Virus record (IMG/VR): IMGVR_UViG_3300037478_000520
Coordinates: 32,001 to 96,000 of that record
Source: a virus
DNA length: 64,000 nt
Direction: 5' to 3' (one strand)
The first letter of the stretch is position 1. The number at the start of each line of letters is the position of its first letter. A program made the position numbers and the translations under genes. The notes under the pieces were generated by a model. That model saw only the letters and a program-made list of their open reading frames with translations, did no database searches and was not told where the DNA came from. This document shows positions 25,312 to 35,595 of the stretch, piece after piece.

Positions 25312-27450
25312 CTAGATCAGCAACCCGGGAAGTCGAACGTAGACCGGATGAACGCTCAAGCTTAGCGCGATCGACCCGCCACTCGAGGCGATTGTCGACG
25401 TTCCTCCGACGACGTCGGTGAGAGTCGCCGTCCCGACCGCGGGGTGGTTGTAGGCGCTGGCGACGGTGGAGTCACGCTTCCACACCGCTAGCCTCACCAC
25501 ACCACCGTCGTTCACAAATTCGAAGACGTACTGGTTACTGTTTCCCGTGGCGATTCGTCGGACAAACCGAAAGCTACCAAGCTCTTGCGCGAGCACGCCG
25601 GCGGCCGTCATCGCTGGTCGACCGTTGATGAAGAAAACCTCCTGTCCGCTGGTGTTTGCTCGCAGATACCAGCTTCGGAAGCGCACGCCGCGTGACAGCC
25701 CAAACAGGAAGTCACGCACGTGATAGCTCGCCTGGAGCAGGTTTTGCGTAGCCCCGCCGTCAGTGCGCCACCCGTGCTCGGAGTTTAGGATCGTTCCGAC
25801 GTCATGCCCGACAAGATCCCAATACGAGTCGTAGTGGGCTTCCTCGGGCGCCCGCCCTGCGGCCATGTTGTCCGTCGGGCTGAAAGACTCCGCCGTGTAG
25901 AAGTGGACGCTTACGCGATCGAGCAGTGCCACCACGCCGTTGTCGATTAGGCGCTGCAGGTACGCCTGTGCGACGGACAGGTTCACGCCTGTCCCGGCCA
26001 AACCCGGCCCGGTGATAAAGACGTTGGGGTCCGCAGCGCGCATCGCTGGAATCACCACATGCGCAAGCGCCGAGTACTCGTCCGCCGCTGCGAGTGCCCC
26101 CTCCAGCGTGTTCACCATCGGCCAGAAGTTCGAGATGTTAGGCTCGTTCCCAAGCTCGAACATCACCTTGGCGCCAGCCCAGTGCGCCGCCGCGGCAGCC
26201 GCGAAGTTCGCATAGGCCGTACGTCCTCCGGCGTCATATGGAGGAGCCGACCCGGCGCCGTAGATGGGCGTATTGTGCGTCATTTGCAAGTTCTGCAAAA
26301 CGCCGATCCCAAGGGCGTTGAACTCGTCGACGATTCGATCGTAGTTGGGCGCCGTCGTCCAGTCGTAGACACCCTCCGACTCTTCGATGTCAGACCAGTA
26401 AAGGCGAGACCGGACCCACTTGAAGCCGTCCGCCGCGACGTCGGCCGCGTAGACGCTGACGTCGCCAGGATTCACCCCAAGATTCAGCGACAGGCCATCC
26501 GTCGCGTAGTCAAGAACGCCAAGAGCGCCGCCGAGGTCATCAGCCTCAAGCGAACTACCCGGCGAATACGCGCCTATTTCCCACTGAGACATCAGCGCTT
26601 GCTCGGCTTGCGACTGGTTTGTCTCGTCGTGGGCTACCGAGTAGCACAGAAGACGCCCGAACAGCTGCTCGACGTTTGTTCCTCCGAGATTGGCGCCAAC
26701 GGCGACCATCCCGTAAACAGTATTGAAGGTTGGCGTGCCTGTGCCAACCAACGTTCCGTTTTTGTGCATCGTAAGGGTGCCCGAGGCTAGCTTGATGCAC
26801 CACACGGCCCACTCTTCGTAGCTGTGCTCGTTCGCATTCACTTCGCCAGAGGTTGAGGTGAACCGAGCGAAGTCCGGAGTTCCTTGGCGCATTTCGACTA
26901 CAAACGCGCCAGCTGTGCTGAGGCTACCGCTGACGAAGATCCAATTCGTCGCCGCGTTGTCCGCGACTTTTCCAACCCAGTACCATGTACGATCGGCAGC
27001 GCCCGTTGGCAGTCCTACCGGGCCTGTCTTCGCATTGCTCTCGCTTGACCCGTTGTAGGCAATGCAGTCGATGCCGCTTGGTGCACCCGCGGCAACGATC
27101 TGACCTCCGCTGTCGCCGCCCATCGGTGTCGCGTGGTTGTCGTTGCCGCTGGCGTCGTTCAGCGACGTGACTTCGGTGCCCGATAGCCCGTGATTCCCGG
27201 AGCTAGCGTCCCAATCAAGCACGAGATCGTCCGTCGGGACGAGCAATTCCACTTCGTTTTCTGGCTGTTGCTCTGGGACTTGTGGCGATGGGACAGGAAT
27301 CTGTGGATCTTCAGGCTGAAGCAACCCGGCTTCATCGAACCAGCCAGCCCACATAGCGGCCCACGATTCGGCTGCTTCCTCTGTACTGCCAGGACGAGCC
27401 GCGAACAGAGCAAGCACGTCGTTCACGATCCTGGTGTTAGTTAGCGCCAT
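25312..27450 (-). CDS. LamG-like domain plus clan GH-A glycoside hydrolase (GH5/GH39-like)
   Basis: GFKWVR..LYWSDIE..EGVYDW, FELGNEPN (acid/base), VSVHFY, ILNSEHGW (nucleophile). Confidence 0.85.
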   Translation of the reverse strand: MALTNTRIVNDVLALFAARPGSTEEAAESWAAMWAGWFDEAGLLQPEDPQIPVPSPQVPEQQPENEVELLVPTDDLVLDWDASSGNHGLSGTEVTSLNDASGNDNHATPMGGDSGGQIVAAGAPSGIDCIAYNGSSESNAKTGPVGLPTGAADRTWYWVGKVADNAATNWIFVSGSLSTAGAFVVEMRQGTPDFARFTSTSGEVNANEHSYEEWAVWCIKLASGTLTMHKNGTLVGTGTPTFNTVYGMVAVGANLGGTNVEQLFGRLLCYSVAHDETNQSQAEQALMSQWEIGAYSPGSSLEADDLGGALGVLDYATDGLSLNLGVNPGDVSVYAADVAADGFKWVRSRLYWSDIEESEGVYDWTTAPNYDRIVDEFNALGIGVLQNLQMTHNTPIYGAGSAPPYDAGGRTAYANFAAAAAAHWAGAKVMFELGNEPNISNFWPMVNTLEGALAAADEYSALAHVVIPAMRAADPNVFITGPGLAGTGVNLSVAQAYLQRLIDNGVVALLDRVSVHFYTAESFSPTDNMAAGRAPEEAHYDSYWDLVGHDVGTILNSEHGWRTDGGATQNLLQASYHVRDFLFGLSRGVRFRSWYLRANTSGQEVFFINGRPAMTAAGVLAQELGSFRFVRRIATGNSNQYVFEFVNDGGVVRLAVWKRDSTVASAYNHPAVGTATLTDVVGGTSTIASSGGSIALSLSVHPVYVRLPGLLI

Positions 27451-27452
27451 AT

Positions 27453-28607
27453 CTAATTGCTTGTTGGCTTTGGAATATCAGTAGGACCAGCACTAGACCC
27501 GTGTATGTGAGATATCAGGCTTATAGAAACTGCAGGCAACGCTCCAACAGGAGCTTGTACGCCAGTCACATCACCGTCCGACGCAACGCTTTGCGCACTC
27601 GCCTCACCCTCGACACGCAGTGTTCCGTTGATCGTCACGTCTCCCGTGATCACCATGCTGGTCAGCGCGGCGCCCATGAGCCAGAGGCTCGCGAACGGCT
27701 TGCTCGGGTCTGAGTTTTCCCATCCGATCAGCACGATCGAACGAGGCGGAAACGTCACTTCGACGCCCGGCATCCCGAGACGTAGAGGAACGCGCGTAAT
27801 GCCCTGACCACGGATCCTCTCGTCGTCCGGCATGACGTCGACAAATTTGCCGGACTGCGAAATCACCTCAGCGGTGTACATCCGTGAATAGTCAAGCTTG
27901 CGGTCGATCCGTCTATCGGCCTGCTGCTCGGACGTCTGATTCTGGGAGGTCTCCGAGACGCACAACAACTCTTGCCGAAGTTTCGTCCCGCTCAGGTACG
28001 TCGTGACCTCGGTCACGCATCGTCCGGAGTACGTCACCCCCGGGTACGCGAGCGGGGTCTCTGGGGCAATCTCGTAGCGCCCGGAAGCCGGCATGGGGTC
28101 GGTCTCGATATCGACGTTTTCGTCGGACTCGAGTTCGGGAAAGGAGTCGATCCCGATCCACACTGTGCCGTCGCGCAGGACACGCCAGGTAGCCCCGGGG
28201 AAGCGCTCCACAACTGCGGAGAGTGCCTCGGCGACCGTGCCCTTAGCGCGGTGGTAGGCGTTGAGACGGTGTCCGACAACAGCCACGTCGCTGTCTGGTG
28301 AGAGGACTTCACCTCCGACTCGAAGGATGTCCCTGGCGATCAGTGACACCGATGGCCCGGCATCGTACCAGAGTGGCTTGACTGGCTTTTGAAGCCCGCC
28401 AGCGCCTCCGACGAGCCTGCAGCGGTAACGTCCTGCGTCGAGTTCGCCACGGGTCACTGTTCCCCGCCACTCGATTCCCTCGATCTCGAAGGTGACGACT
28501 GGTGCGAGTTCTTCGTCGGTGTCTACGTCAATGCTTGCGGACCAGGCACCCTTCGTGCGCTCCTGAATCTTCGCGGAGATAAGTCCTTGGTCGTTTGCTG
28601 ACGCCAT
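27453..28607 (-). CDS. Baseplate hub plus spike fusion protein
   Basis: GAWSA.ID, WRVLRDGTVWIG, OB-fold VLIGWENSDPSKP, C-terminal SHIH metal tip. Confidence 0.8.
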   Translation of the reverse strand: MASANDQGLISAKIQERTKGAWSASIDVDTDEELAPVVTFEIEGIEWRGTVTRGELDAGRYRCRLVGGAGGLQKPVKPLWYDAGPSVSLIARDILRVGGEVLSPDSDVAVVGHRLNAYHRAKGTVAEALSAVVERFPGATWRVLRDGTVWIGIDSFPELESDENVDIETDPMPASGRYEIAPETPLAYPGVTYSGRCVTEVTTYLSGTKLRQELLCVSETSQNQTSEQQADRRIDRKLDYSRMYTAEVISQSGKFVDVMPDDERIRGQGITRVPLRLGMPGVEVTFPPRSIVLIGWENSDPSKPFASLWLMGAALTSMVITGDVTINGTLRVEGEASAQSVASDGDVTGVQAPVGALPAVSISLISHIHGSSAGPTDIPKPTSN

Positions 28608-28611
28608 CGGA

Positions 28612-29226
28612 TCACGGAGCGAAGTTGATGAAGTCGGGCTGCCCGACGAGTGACTCCAGATCGACCTCGAGGCTCGGAGGTTGCGCACCGTACCATGCTG
28701 AGCCCTCTATGCCCTGTGGTCGCTGAATGCCGCCCGTTGCGACGTAGTACCCTCCCAGCGGCCCCACCTGCGCCGGGTCTGGCTGTGGCTTTCGCTTCTT
28801 CGGCTCAGGAATCCATTCGATCGCCGAGATCGAGACTTCGCCGATCCCGTCGTCCCCGATATGGGGGCCGTCGACATCCTTCAGCTCGATCTCGTTGACG
28901 TTGTACCAGTCGGTCGCGGGGTGCGAGATTGTGATCGGCCCACGCGCGTCGCCCCGCTTGGGTAGCAGGTAGCGCATGATGTCCGAGAGTTCCTCCGACT
29001 CGTCTGCAGTGAACCGGACGCTGATCGACACCCTGTGCGGCAGAAGACCTCGATCGCGCACCCGAGCCCCGTCACGCCCGCGTCGCACCTTGACATCAAG
29101 CTCCTTCGACCAGTTGACGCTGACCTTCACCGCGCCGGGCATGGTGAACCGGCCGAGATACAGGTTGTCCCACTCGGAATCGATAGAGCCCGGGGTTTCC
29201 CACCTTGGAACGAGCGCCATGGTCAC
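28612..29226 (-). CDS. Tail tube initiator-like baseplate protein
   Basis: LG...MPG...V......DVK...G.DGA; follows the tape measure. Confidence 0.7.
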   Translation of the reverse strand: MTMALVPRWETPGSIDSEWDNLYLGRFTMPGAVKVSVNWSKELDVKVRRGRDGARVRDRGLLPHRVSISVRFTADESEELSDIMRYLLPKRGDARGPITISHPATDWYNVNEIELKDVDGPHIGDDGIGEVSISAIEWIPEPKKRKPQPDPAQVGPLGGYYVATGGIQRPQGIEGSAWYGAQPPSLEVDLESLVGQPDFINFAP

Positions 29227-31082
29227 GCACCTTGAAGTTGCATGTTGTCGAAGGCGTCGCGGTTGACGCGATCGACCAACTTCGCGATCTGTTCGGGATC
29301 AGGATTCCCGTCCACGTTGATCTGCACGCTCGGTGCGTACGTCATGTTCTTCATCATGGACGACAGTGCGCCACTAGGCTTTGCGTTGCTTGCCGCCGCC
29401 GCCTCGTCAGTCACGTTGCTGCTTGGGAAAAGCTCGTTCCACGACTTCTTGTTCCACAACCATGAAAAGTCACGTGTCACAGAACCAGGCTCGCCGCGCG
29501 ATTCTTCACTGCCAACAAATTCCCGAAGACTCTGCACGGCGTACAGGACACCGATGAACCCAGCGAGCTTTGACACTACAAAAAGCAGCGGTAGAGCCTT
29601 CGACATAATGGTGCCGAATGCTCCGCTTAGTGACTTGGCGGCTTCTGGCGCTCCCTTGAACAACCTATTCATCTCCAGCATGCCGCCGACAATGCCGCCA
29701 ACTACACTCACCACCTTGCCGAGTGCTAGCACAGCACCACCGGCCCACAGGGTGACCTCTCCCGCTGGCGTCTGGAAGAACTGAATCGCCTTGCCGGCCA
29801 GCTTGAAGCCACTGGCAACCAGCCCGAGAGCTTCCGCGGCTAGGTTGCCTAGGCGTCTCCAGTCGATGTCGCCGTCAACGCCTCGCATCGATTCCATGAC
29901 GCGATCGAACCCTTCGCCAAACCCGGTCATGAACGCGTCCAACTTCGGCACGGCTGCTAACATTCCGCCAAATACGAGGTCTGTGAACTTGGCGATCTTC
30001 CCCGTGTCTATGTTCTTGATCACGTCGATGAGACGAGATAGCGCTTCCCTGTACTTTTCGATGCCGGACTTCCCTGTCGCGAGCACCCGCATCTGAAGCC
30101 AGGCGGGGGCCGCCTTCAGGCGCGCTTGCTTTCCAAGCTGGCTGTCTGCGAACTGGAGCCCTGTATCGCCAGCTTGTGACTGATTCAGCTTCTGGTTGAT
30201 CGCGGCAGAGACAGCGGTCAGGCCCATATCAGCGTTGACATTGCCGGCCGTAATCGCTGACATGACTTGAGCGTTCGTTTTCAAGCCAAGCGGCTTCTTC
30301 AGATTCTCGAGCACTAACGCAACGGACACGCCCGCTTCCGAGAACTGCTGGTTGAGTTCCTCCGCTTGCAGACGTCCCTTCGCCATGACCTGCGTCGCCG
30401 CGCGCAAGAAGCGCTTGTATTCAACGTCGTCCGCGATCCCTGCGCCACGAAGGTCGGCGCCCAGCTTGATGAACTCTTCGGCTCGACTCTTCGAAAACTG
30501 CATGGCGCGCAGTTTCACGTACTGCTTCTGCGTATCGACGGGGTCTAGCGCGAACTTGTCCGCCAGTGCTAACGAACCTCCATACTCCTCGTTGCCCGCT
30601 GCCTTTGAACCGGTGATTGCCGAAAGCGCCATCTTCATGCGCTCAACGTGCCCAGCCATGCTAGCCACGCCACGAACAACCGAGCCACCAACCAGCGCAG
30701 CAAACGCGCCACCGGCGAAGGCTGCCATTCGTCCGACGCTGAACAGCGAGCTGGTGACCCTGTTGAGTCCGCGAACGATGGAGCTATCTCCAGCCTCTTT
30801 CAGACCCGACCCCATGCGCTCGAACGATGTCTTCGTTTTGTGCGCGGACAATGCGGTACGGTTGATGCCACCGCGGATCCTGCGCATGGCAGCGCCCGCG
30901 CGACCGGCCGCCATCGTGCCCGGCAGTGCGCGCGTGAACGACTTCATGCGTCGTTCTGTCATCTCGGCAGTCCTGCCAAGACCCTTCATGGCTCGCTCTA
31001 CGTCACGGATGGACTCCGCTGCACGTCGAGCGGGAGCGCTCACGCGGTCCACGAGCTCTAGCACAAAGCGGAGTTTGTTCAC
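29223..31082 (-). CDS. Tape measure protein
   Basis: F.LELVDRVSAPAR, QVMAKGRLQAEELNQQFSEAG, Ala/Gly-rich with TM segments. Confidence 0.92.
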   Translation of the reverse strand: MNKLRFVLELVDRVSAPARRAAESIRDVERAMKGLGRTAEMTERRMKSFTRALPGTMAAGRAGAAMRRIRGGINRTALSAHKTKTSFERMGSGLKEAGDSSIVRGLNRVTSSLFSVGRMAAFAGGAFAALVGGSVVRGVASMAGHVERMKMALSAITGSKAAGNEEYGGSLALADKFALDPVDTQKQYVKLRAMQFSKSRAEEFIKLGADLRGAGIADDVEYKRFLRAATQVMAKGRLQAEELNQQFSEAGVSVALVLENLKKPLGLKTNAQVMSAITAGNVNADMGLTAVSAAINQKLNQSQAGDTGLQFADSQLGKQARLKAAPAWLQMRVLATGKSGIEKYREALSRLIDVIKNIDTGKIAKFTDLVFGGMLAAVPKLDAFMTGFGEGFDRVMESMRGVDGDIDWRRLGNLAAEALGLVASGFKLAGKAIQFFQTPAGEVTLWAGGAVLALGKVVSVVGGIVGGMLEMNRLFKGAPEAAKSLSGAFGTIMSKALPLLFVVSKLAGFIGVLYAVQSLREFVGSEESRGEPGSVTRDFSWLWNKKSWNELFPSSNVTDEAAAASNAKPSGALSSMMKNMTYAPSVQINVDGNPDPEQIAKLVDRVNRDAFDNMQLQGA

Positions 31083-31085
31083 GGT

Positions 31086-31609
31086 TCAGTCCTTGCCAAC
31101 AGCCATGGTCCGGATCGCTCGCATATCCAGCGCGATCCCGATCAGGATTTCAACGACGGCACGCTTAGCGTGAGCCTCGAAGTGGGCCTCTGGCATCGCG
31201 TCCTCGCCGAGTTCCGGTGAACTTGTGGAATAGAGCCTGGCGACGCCAAGGGCTCTCTCCCATGTCAGAGTTTTTTTGCAGAAGAATCGTCCAGCCCGGA
31301 CGCCTCAACAATCTCCGCGAAGAACTTCTGCACGACAGGCGGGCGCGACTTGATCAACTCGTCGAGATCCTCGCGGCTGGTTCGCACGCACTGCAGGACC
31401 AGCGTCTTCATGGCCAAAGCCGTGTTCTTCTTCGCATCCTGCATGTCATTGAAGCACACAAACCACTGCCCCTCGCTTGGGGCTGCGAACGCGTATGCCT
31501 TGCCGTGGACGGGCACGACGACGATCGCGCCCTTGTTTTGCTTCAACGACTCAATCTGCTCGGCCGACAGATCTCCGATATTCGGCTCCAACTCCGACTG
31601 CTCTTCCAT
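31086..31609 (-). CDS. Tail assembly chaperone G (31265-31609) and -1 frameshift product GT (to 31086)
   Basis: Between tube and tape measure; GCA AAA AAA CTC TGA slippery run; -1 frame open up to the tape-measure start. Confidence 0.8.
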
Positions 31610-31622
31610 GAATTCTCCTAAA

Positions 31623-32123
31623 TCAGATGCCTAAAGCACCCGTGATCAGATTTGCGACGTCGGAAAGACCTCCGGTCATTGCCTTGCCGTTGCGAAGGAT
31701 TCGGACGATGTCGAGCGTGAAGACGGTGCGAAGGACATCCGTTCCGTCCGAGTGGCTGTCTTCGTCTCCAATGATCTGGCAACCGATCAACGAGTCGATG
31801 ATCGGAACGCCAGCGAGTCCCGCCTCGAAGTAGGTGACCGTCAGGTCGAAACTGTTCTCGCCGTAGCCGCCGATCCCTAGACCGGAGGTGATATCGAGAA
31901 GGGCGTCGCCATCCTCTTTGTACATGGTGATCGAACCCGTCGGCTCTTCTCGGCCCTTCGTTCGGCCTCGCTTGACGCTAGAAAAGCCATAGAGCGTACC
32001 GATCGTTCGCTGGTTGCTGTAGCTCAGCTCGATGATGTTCTGCACCGGGATAGGGCCGATCTTGACTTCGATCGAGGACGACTGGAACAGATGCCCGTTT
32101 ACGCGGAAACCGAGGAATGTCAT
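31623..32123 (-). CDS. Tail tube protein
   Basis: NG......SIEV, ELSYS, GRTKG...PTGSITM; follows the sheath. Confidence 0.85.
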   Translation of the reverse strand: MTFLGFRVNGHLFQSSSIEVKIGPIPVQNIIELSYSNQRTIGTLYGFSSVKRGRTKGREEPTGSITMYKEDGDALLDITSGLGIGGYGENSFDLTVTYFEAGLAGVPIIDSLIGCQIIGDEDSHSDGTDVLRTVFTLDIVRILRNGKAMTGGLSDVANLITGALGI

Positions 32124-33625
32124 GCCGCCCCCGACGCGCTAAGGTTCAGCGCATAGCCGATGAAGTTGTCGATGTGCTTCAGGTAGCCGAGCGGTCTGAC
32201 CGCGGTGTTGCACTGAAGCGTGTTGTTCAGAGCGACGTTGTAGGACCCGTCGATCGTGAACTTGACGCCGCTGACGTGCGACTTGCCGTCGAGGTTGCGC
32301 GGGTGCATGAGAGCCGCGTCCAACTGTCGCTGAACGTCGTCCTCGATCTGCACCTTGTCGCGTGGATCGATCGTGCCGTCTTCCTGCACACGAACCGAGG
32401 TGCTGAGGTACGGAAGAAGAGCCCCGTACGTGGTCGCGCACGCCAGATCCATGACTCGTCCGTGTTGGATGTAGACGTAGTCCGACCCAGGAGGCGACGT
32501 CAGTGGGGCGTTGGTGACCCAGTAGCCTGCTTCACCGACGAACGTCCTTAGCGTCGCGAAACTGTGAGGCGCCTCGTCGACCGCGATGTTTGCGGTTCTC
32601 TCGTCGTGGGACACACCCTGCGACGTGATCGACCCTTCTGGACCGCTGGAGAAGCGGGCTGGATCATCCGAGACCGTGCCAAACGCGGATCGGGCTACGA
32701 TGTGAACCGACGCCTCCATGTCGGGAGCACCCCAGCCAGCAAAACCTTTGTAGGTGATGGTGTTGGCGGTTCCGAAGCACTTGGTGGCCCGTCGGTTTGG
32801 ACTTACGCCAGCATAGTCAGACTTGGCGTCGCTCGCGGTTCCGATGCCCGCGTTCATGATTCCACGGAAGTACTGATGCGAGTTCACGAGTGCTGCCAAC
32901 TGAGACTGGAACGCCGTGAACATGGCCGCGCCAGCGCTTGTCGAAGCCGCGTTTCCAGCCAACGCCACTACGCCTCGGCGATACGACGCTGCCGCGATCG
33001 CTGCGAACCCGTCACCAAGATTGGTGGTCGAGTAGTAGGGAGCGGTGCATGCAAACGTGTGCATGTCGCCGTCCTTGAAGAAGACGCTTCCGGCACCCGG
33101 GACGAACGTCAACGTAAGCCCCGTGTTGGGCACTGCGTACGCGCCGCCTCCCGACGGAACGAGGATGCTTTGCGACCAGGTCCCGGTGATCAGGTCCGTC
33201 GCACTGAGCTTGTCGAGTCGGTAGCGAAACTCGGCATCGCCAAGCGTTCCTGTTCCCGTGATCTCGACGGTTGCCTGGTAAGCGTCGTAGGGAGTTCCCG
33301 AGACGGTGATCGTTCCAGTAGACGGGTCACCAGCCCCCGAGGAAGCCGTCTTTGCGACCGCCCCCGCGGTTCCGACGATCGAGCCTGTTAGACGAACCGC
33401 GCGGACAGGACCACCGACCCCCTCGGTCGAGAGCGTGTGGCACACGCCTTCGACCAGCGGCCCGTGTCCAAGCGTGTCCTGCGCACTCCGTGGATTGGAG
33501 AACGTGTAGACGGTGTTCGCGGTTCCGGACGAGCTGATGCCCATCCAAATGAATCCCGCGTCACGGTTCTGAGCGAGACCGAGACCCGGATCGATGATCG
33601 TCTGCGTGACGTTTGGGATCGTCAT
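32120..33625 (-). CDS. Tail sheath protein (DUF2586-like)
   Basis: IP.V..TI.D.GLG, LGHGPLVE, FATLRTF.G..GYWVTN..L.SP.GSDY.YIQHGRVMD, RPLGY. Confidence 0.9.
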   Translation of the reverse strand: MTIPNVTQTIIDPGLGLAQNRDAGFIWMGISSSGTANTVYTFSNPRSAQDTLGHGPLVEGVCHTLSTEGVGGPVRAVRLTGSIVGTAGAVAKTASSGAGDPSTGTITVSGTPYDAYQATVEITGTGTLGDAEFRYRLDKLSATDLITGTWSQSILVPSGGGAYAVPNTGLTLTFVPGAGSVFFKDGDMHTFACTAPYYSTTNLGDGFAAIAAASYRRGVVALAGNAASTSAGAAMFTAFQSQLAALVNSHQYFRGIMNAGIGTASDAKSDYAGVSPNRRATKCFGTANTITYKGFAGWGAPDMEASVHIVARSAFGTVSDDPARFSSGPEGSITSQGVSHDERTANIAVDEAPHSFATLRTFVGEAGYWVTNAPLTSPPGSDYVYIQHGRVMDLACATTYGALLPYLSTSVRVQEDGTIDPRDKVQIEDDVQRQLDAALMHPRNLDGKSHVSGVKFTIDGSYNVALNNTLQCNTAVRPLGYLKHIDNFIGYALNLSASGAA

Positions 33626-33948
33626 CAGTCAACGCCTCCAAGAGTGAAAAGCGCCGGTCGATGGGCGCGGGGATTCGGTTCAAGCGCTGCTTTGATGGCT
33701 GCGAGGTAGTCCTTCTCGCTCAGCTGCATCGGTGCGCTGTTGTGATGGGCGTGACTCGCCCACCGGTGGACATAGGCAGCCACGTCGTGCTTCCAGTCCT
33801 CACGATTCGGGCCACGCCGGTCAGCCGGGAATGCTGCCGCGCGCCACTCATCGACGGTCCGCAGTTCCGTAACGGGCGATTGGTCGTCGCCTGAATGCAC
33901 GTCATCGCTCGTCGTGTCGCCTTGCGGCGAACCGGATTTTTTGCCCAT
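33625..33948 (-). CDS. Small protein preceding the sheath
   Basis: WKH.VAA..H.W......A...L...DY.AA. Confidence 0.75.
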   Translation of the reverse strand: MGKKSGSPQGDTTSDDVHSGDDQSPVTELRTVDEWRAAAFPADRRGPNREDWKHDVAAYVHRWASHAHHNSAPMQLSEKDYLAAIKAALEPNPRAHRPALFTLGGVD

Positions 33949-34057
33949 GAGGGCTCCTTATTGAAATATCGCGCTACTCGTGCGCGCTGCTGAAAACGCT
34001 AGGTGGCGCTACGCCGCAACGAAGCTAAAACGTTCCGATAGGGGACGGTCGACGTCG

Positions 34058-34480
34058 CTATTCCATCGACTGTTCGTGCTGCACCACTCGCGCTAGGAAC
34101 AGCCCAGTCAGGTCAGGTCGCCCTCTGGATACGCGCGGCGAGCCGACTCGCTTGTCCACCATGTTCGTGGCGTCTCGCTCGGGCGGCACCAAAAACACGG
34201 CTCCTGTGTGCCCGCCAGTCGTGATGGGCAGCACGATGGCCCGCTTTGGCGGCCGGCCAGGCGGGGTGTGCCAACCAGAAGCGCTGTCCCAGTCTGTGCC
34301 TTGCTGCGCGGTTGGAGGCGTCGGGTGATTGGCCACCAGCCACCAGTCCGGGACCGAGCCCGGGTCGCTGTTCCACGCGGCATAGAGTTCGCGCACGTAC
34401 TCGTCCTCGGCCTCGAGCAAGCGCTGAAGCTCGTCGTCGACCTCGGAAGCGTCCTCGCACTGAATGTACTTGGTCGTCAT
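34058..34480 (-). CDS. Hypothetical protein
   Basis: ATGA coupling to the upstream gene. Confidence 0.55.
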   Translation of the reverse strand: MTTKYIQCEDASEVDDELQRLLEAEDEYVRELYAAWNSDPGSVPDWWLVANHPTPPTAQQGTDWDSASGWHTPPGRPPKRAIVLPITTGGHTGAVFLVPPERDATNMVDKRVGSPRVSRGRPDLTGLFLARVVQHEQSME

Positions 34481-35256
34481 GGCAGGGCCGCCGCAATCGT
34501 GGGGTAGTGCGTCGCCACGTAGCCGTACGCGAGCGCTGCCGCTTCGTCGTCGTCAGATTCAAGCGCGACGACAACAACGGACACGTCAACCGCGGTGGGG
34601 TTTCCGGCAACCGAGTTGTGCCCCAAGTGAAAGCGGTCGATGCCTCCCGCCGTTGTGCCGGTTGTCAACGCGGTCTCGGCTTTAGTGCCGAAGTTTTTTC
34701 GCGCGTAAAAGCCCGTGACCGGCCAGCCGCACTGCACCAGTACCGGGGTGCCAACGGTGGCTACACCGGCGCTAGTCGTTAGCGACGCACCGTCGTAGGC
34801 TCTCCAAAATGGGGTGGCGCCACTCTGGATTATTGCCGACCCCTCTTCGGCGGAGCCAGCAGTCCCCCGAAGACCCCAAATCGCCCTGAAAAGTGAGACA
34901 TTTTGCGCTTGCGCTACCGTGTGAACCGAAGGGCGCGAACCTGCGACGATATCCCAGCCGAGCGAGAACCCGCGCTCGGTCACGCCGTCAAAGCGCAAGC
35001 AGGGCTGGCCGTCTAGACCGTCCGCCACGTAGAGCGGAGGCGCCGCGCTGCAGTCGAGATCCCGCGTGCCTGGCGATGCCTGGTTGCGCACCGTGACGAC
35101 GTCTGCGCCGGAAAATACGAGTGAATCAAAATCGAGGATGTCGTAGATGGCATAAACGCCAGATGCAAACCCATCCGCGATCGATGGAGAATTTTGGACA
35201 TTGCCGCAGATGACGTCTCCGACAACATCACCAATTCGATCAATGAAATGGGGCAC
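34477..35256 (-). CDS. LamG/ConA-like virion protein
   Basis: SGADV....NQ, P.YVADGLDGQPCLRFDG, terminal YV..HY. Confidence 0.7.
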   Translation of the reverse strand: MPHFIDRIGDVVGDVICGNVQNSPSIADGFASGVYAIYDILDFDSLVFSGADVVTVRNQASPGTRDLDCSAAPPLYVADGLDGQPCLRFDGVTERGFSLGWDIVAGSRPSVHTVAQAQNVSLFRAIWGLRGTAGSAEEGSAIIQSGATPFWRAYDGASLTTSAGVATVGTPVLVQCGWPVTGFYARKNFGTKAETALTTGTTAGGIDRFHLGHNSVAGNPTAVDVSVVVVALESDDDEAAALAYGYVATHYPTIAAALP

Positions 35257-35585
35257 TAGGCTACAGACCCGATCAGGACCTCGATAGTCGGGCTGCCGGA
35301 CGAATGCACGAGTTGCAGTCGAAAGTGATCGTAGCCGCTGCCCTGAAAACAGATGCCTGTTGTCCTTTCAGCGCCGCCTGCCGGAAGCTGCTTGACAGTG
35401 ATGTCGCTCGTGTAGTTGAGCCAATTCACGCCGTCGTTGCTAAAAAACAGGTTTACGGCACTGACAGCCAAGGCTTGGCTGTAGTTGATCTGAATGGCGA
35501 CTGTGCGCCCCATCAACGCCTTGCCGTAGCGATCGATGTTCAATGTCCCAGTAGAAAACACGAGTGGCCCGTAGATGCGTTCCAT
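35256..35585 (-). CDS. Small beta-rich virion protein
   Basis: SNDGVNW motif. Confidence 0.65.
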   Translation of the reverse strand: MERIYGPLVFSTGTLNIDRYGKALMGRTVAIQINYSQALAVSAVNLFFSNDGVNWLNYTSDITVKQLPAGGAERTTGICFQGSGYDHFRLQLVHSSGSPTIEVLIGSVA

Positions 35586-35595
35586 TCTCTAAACC

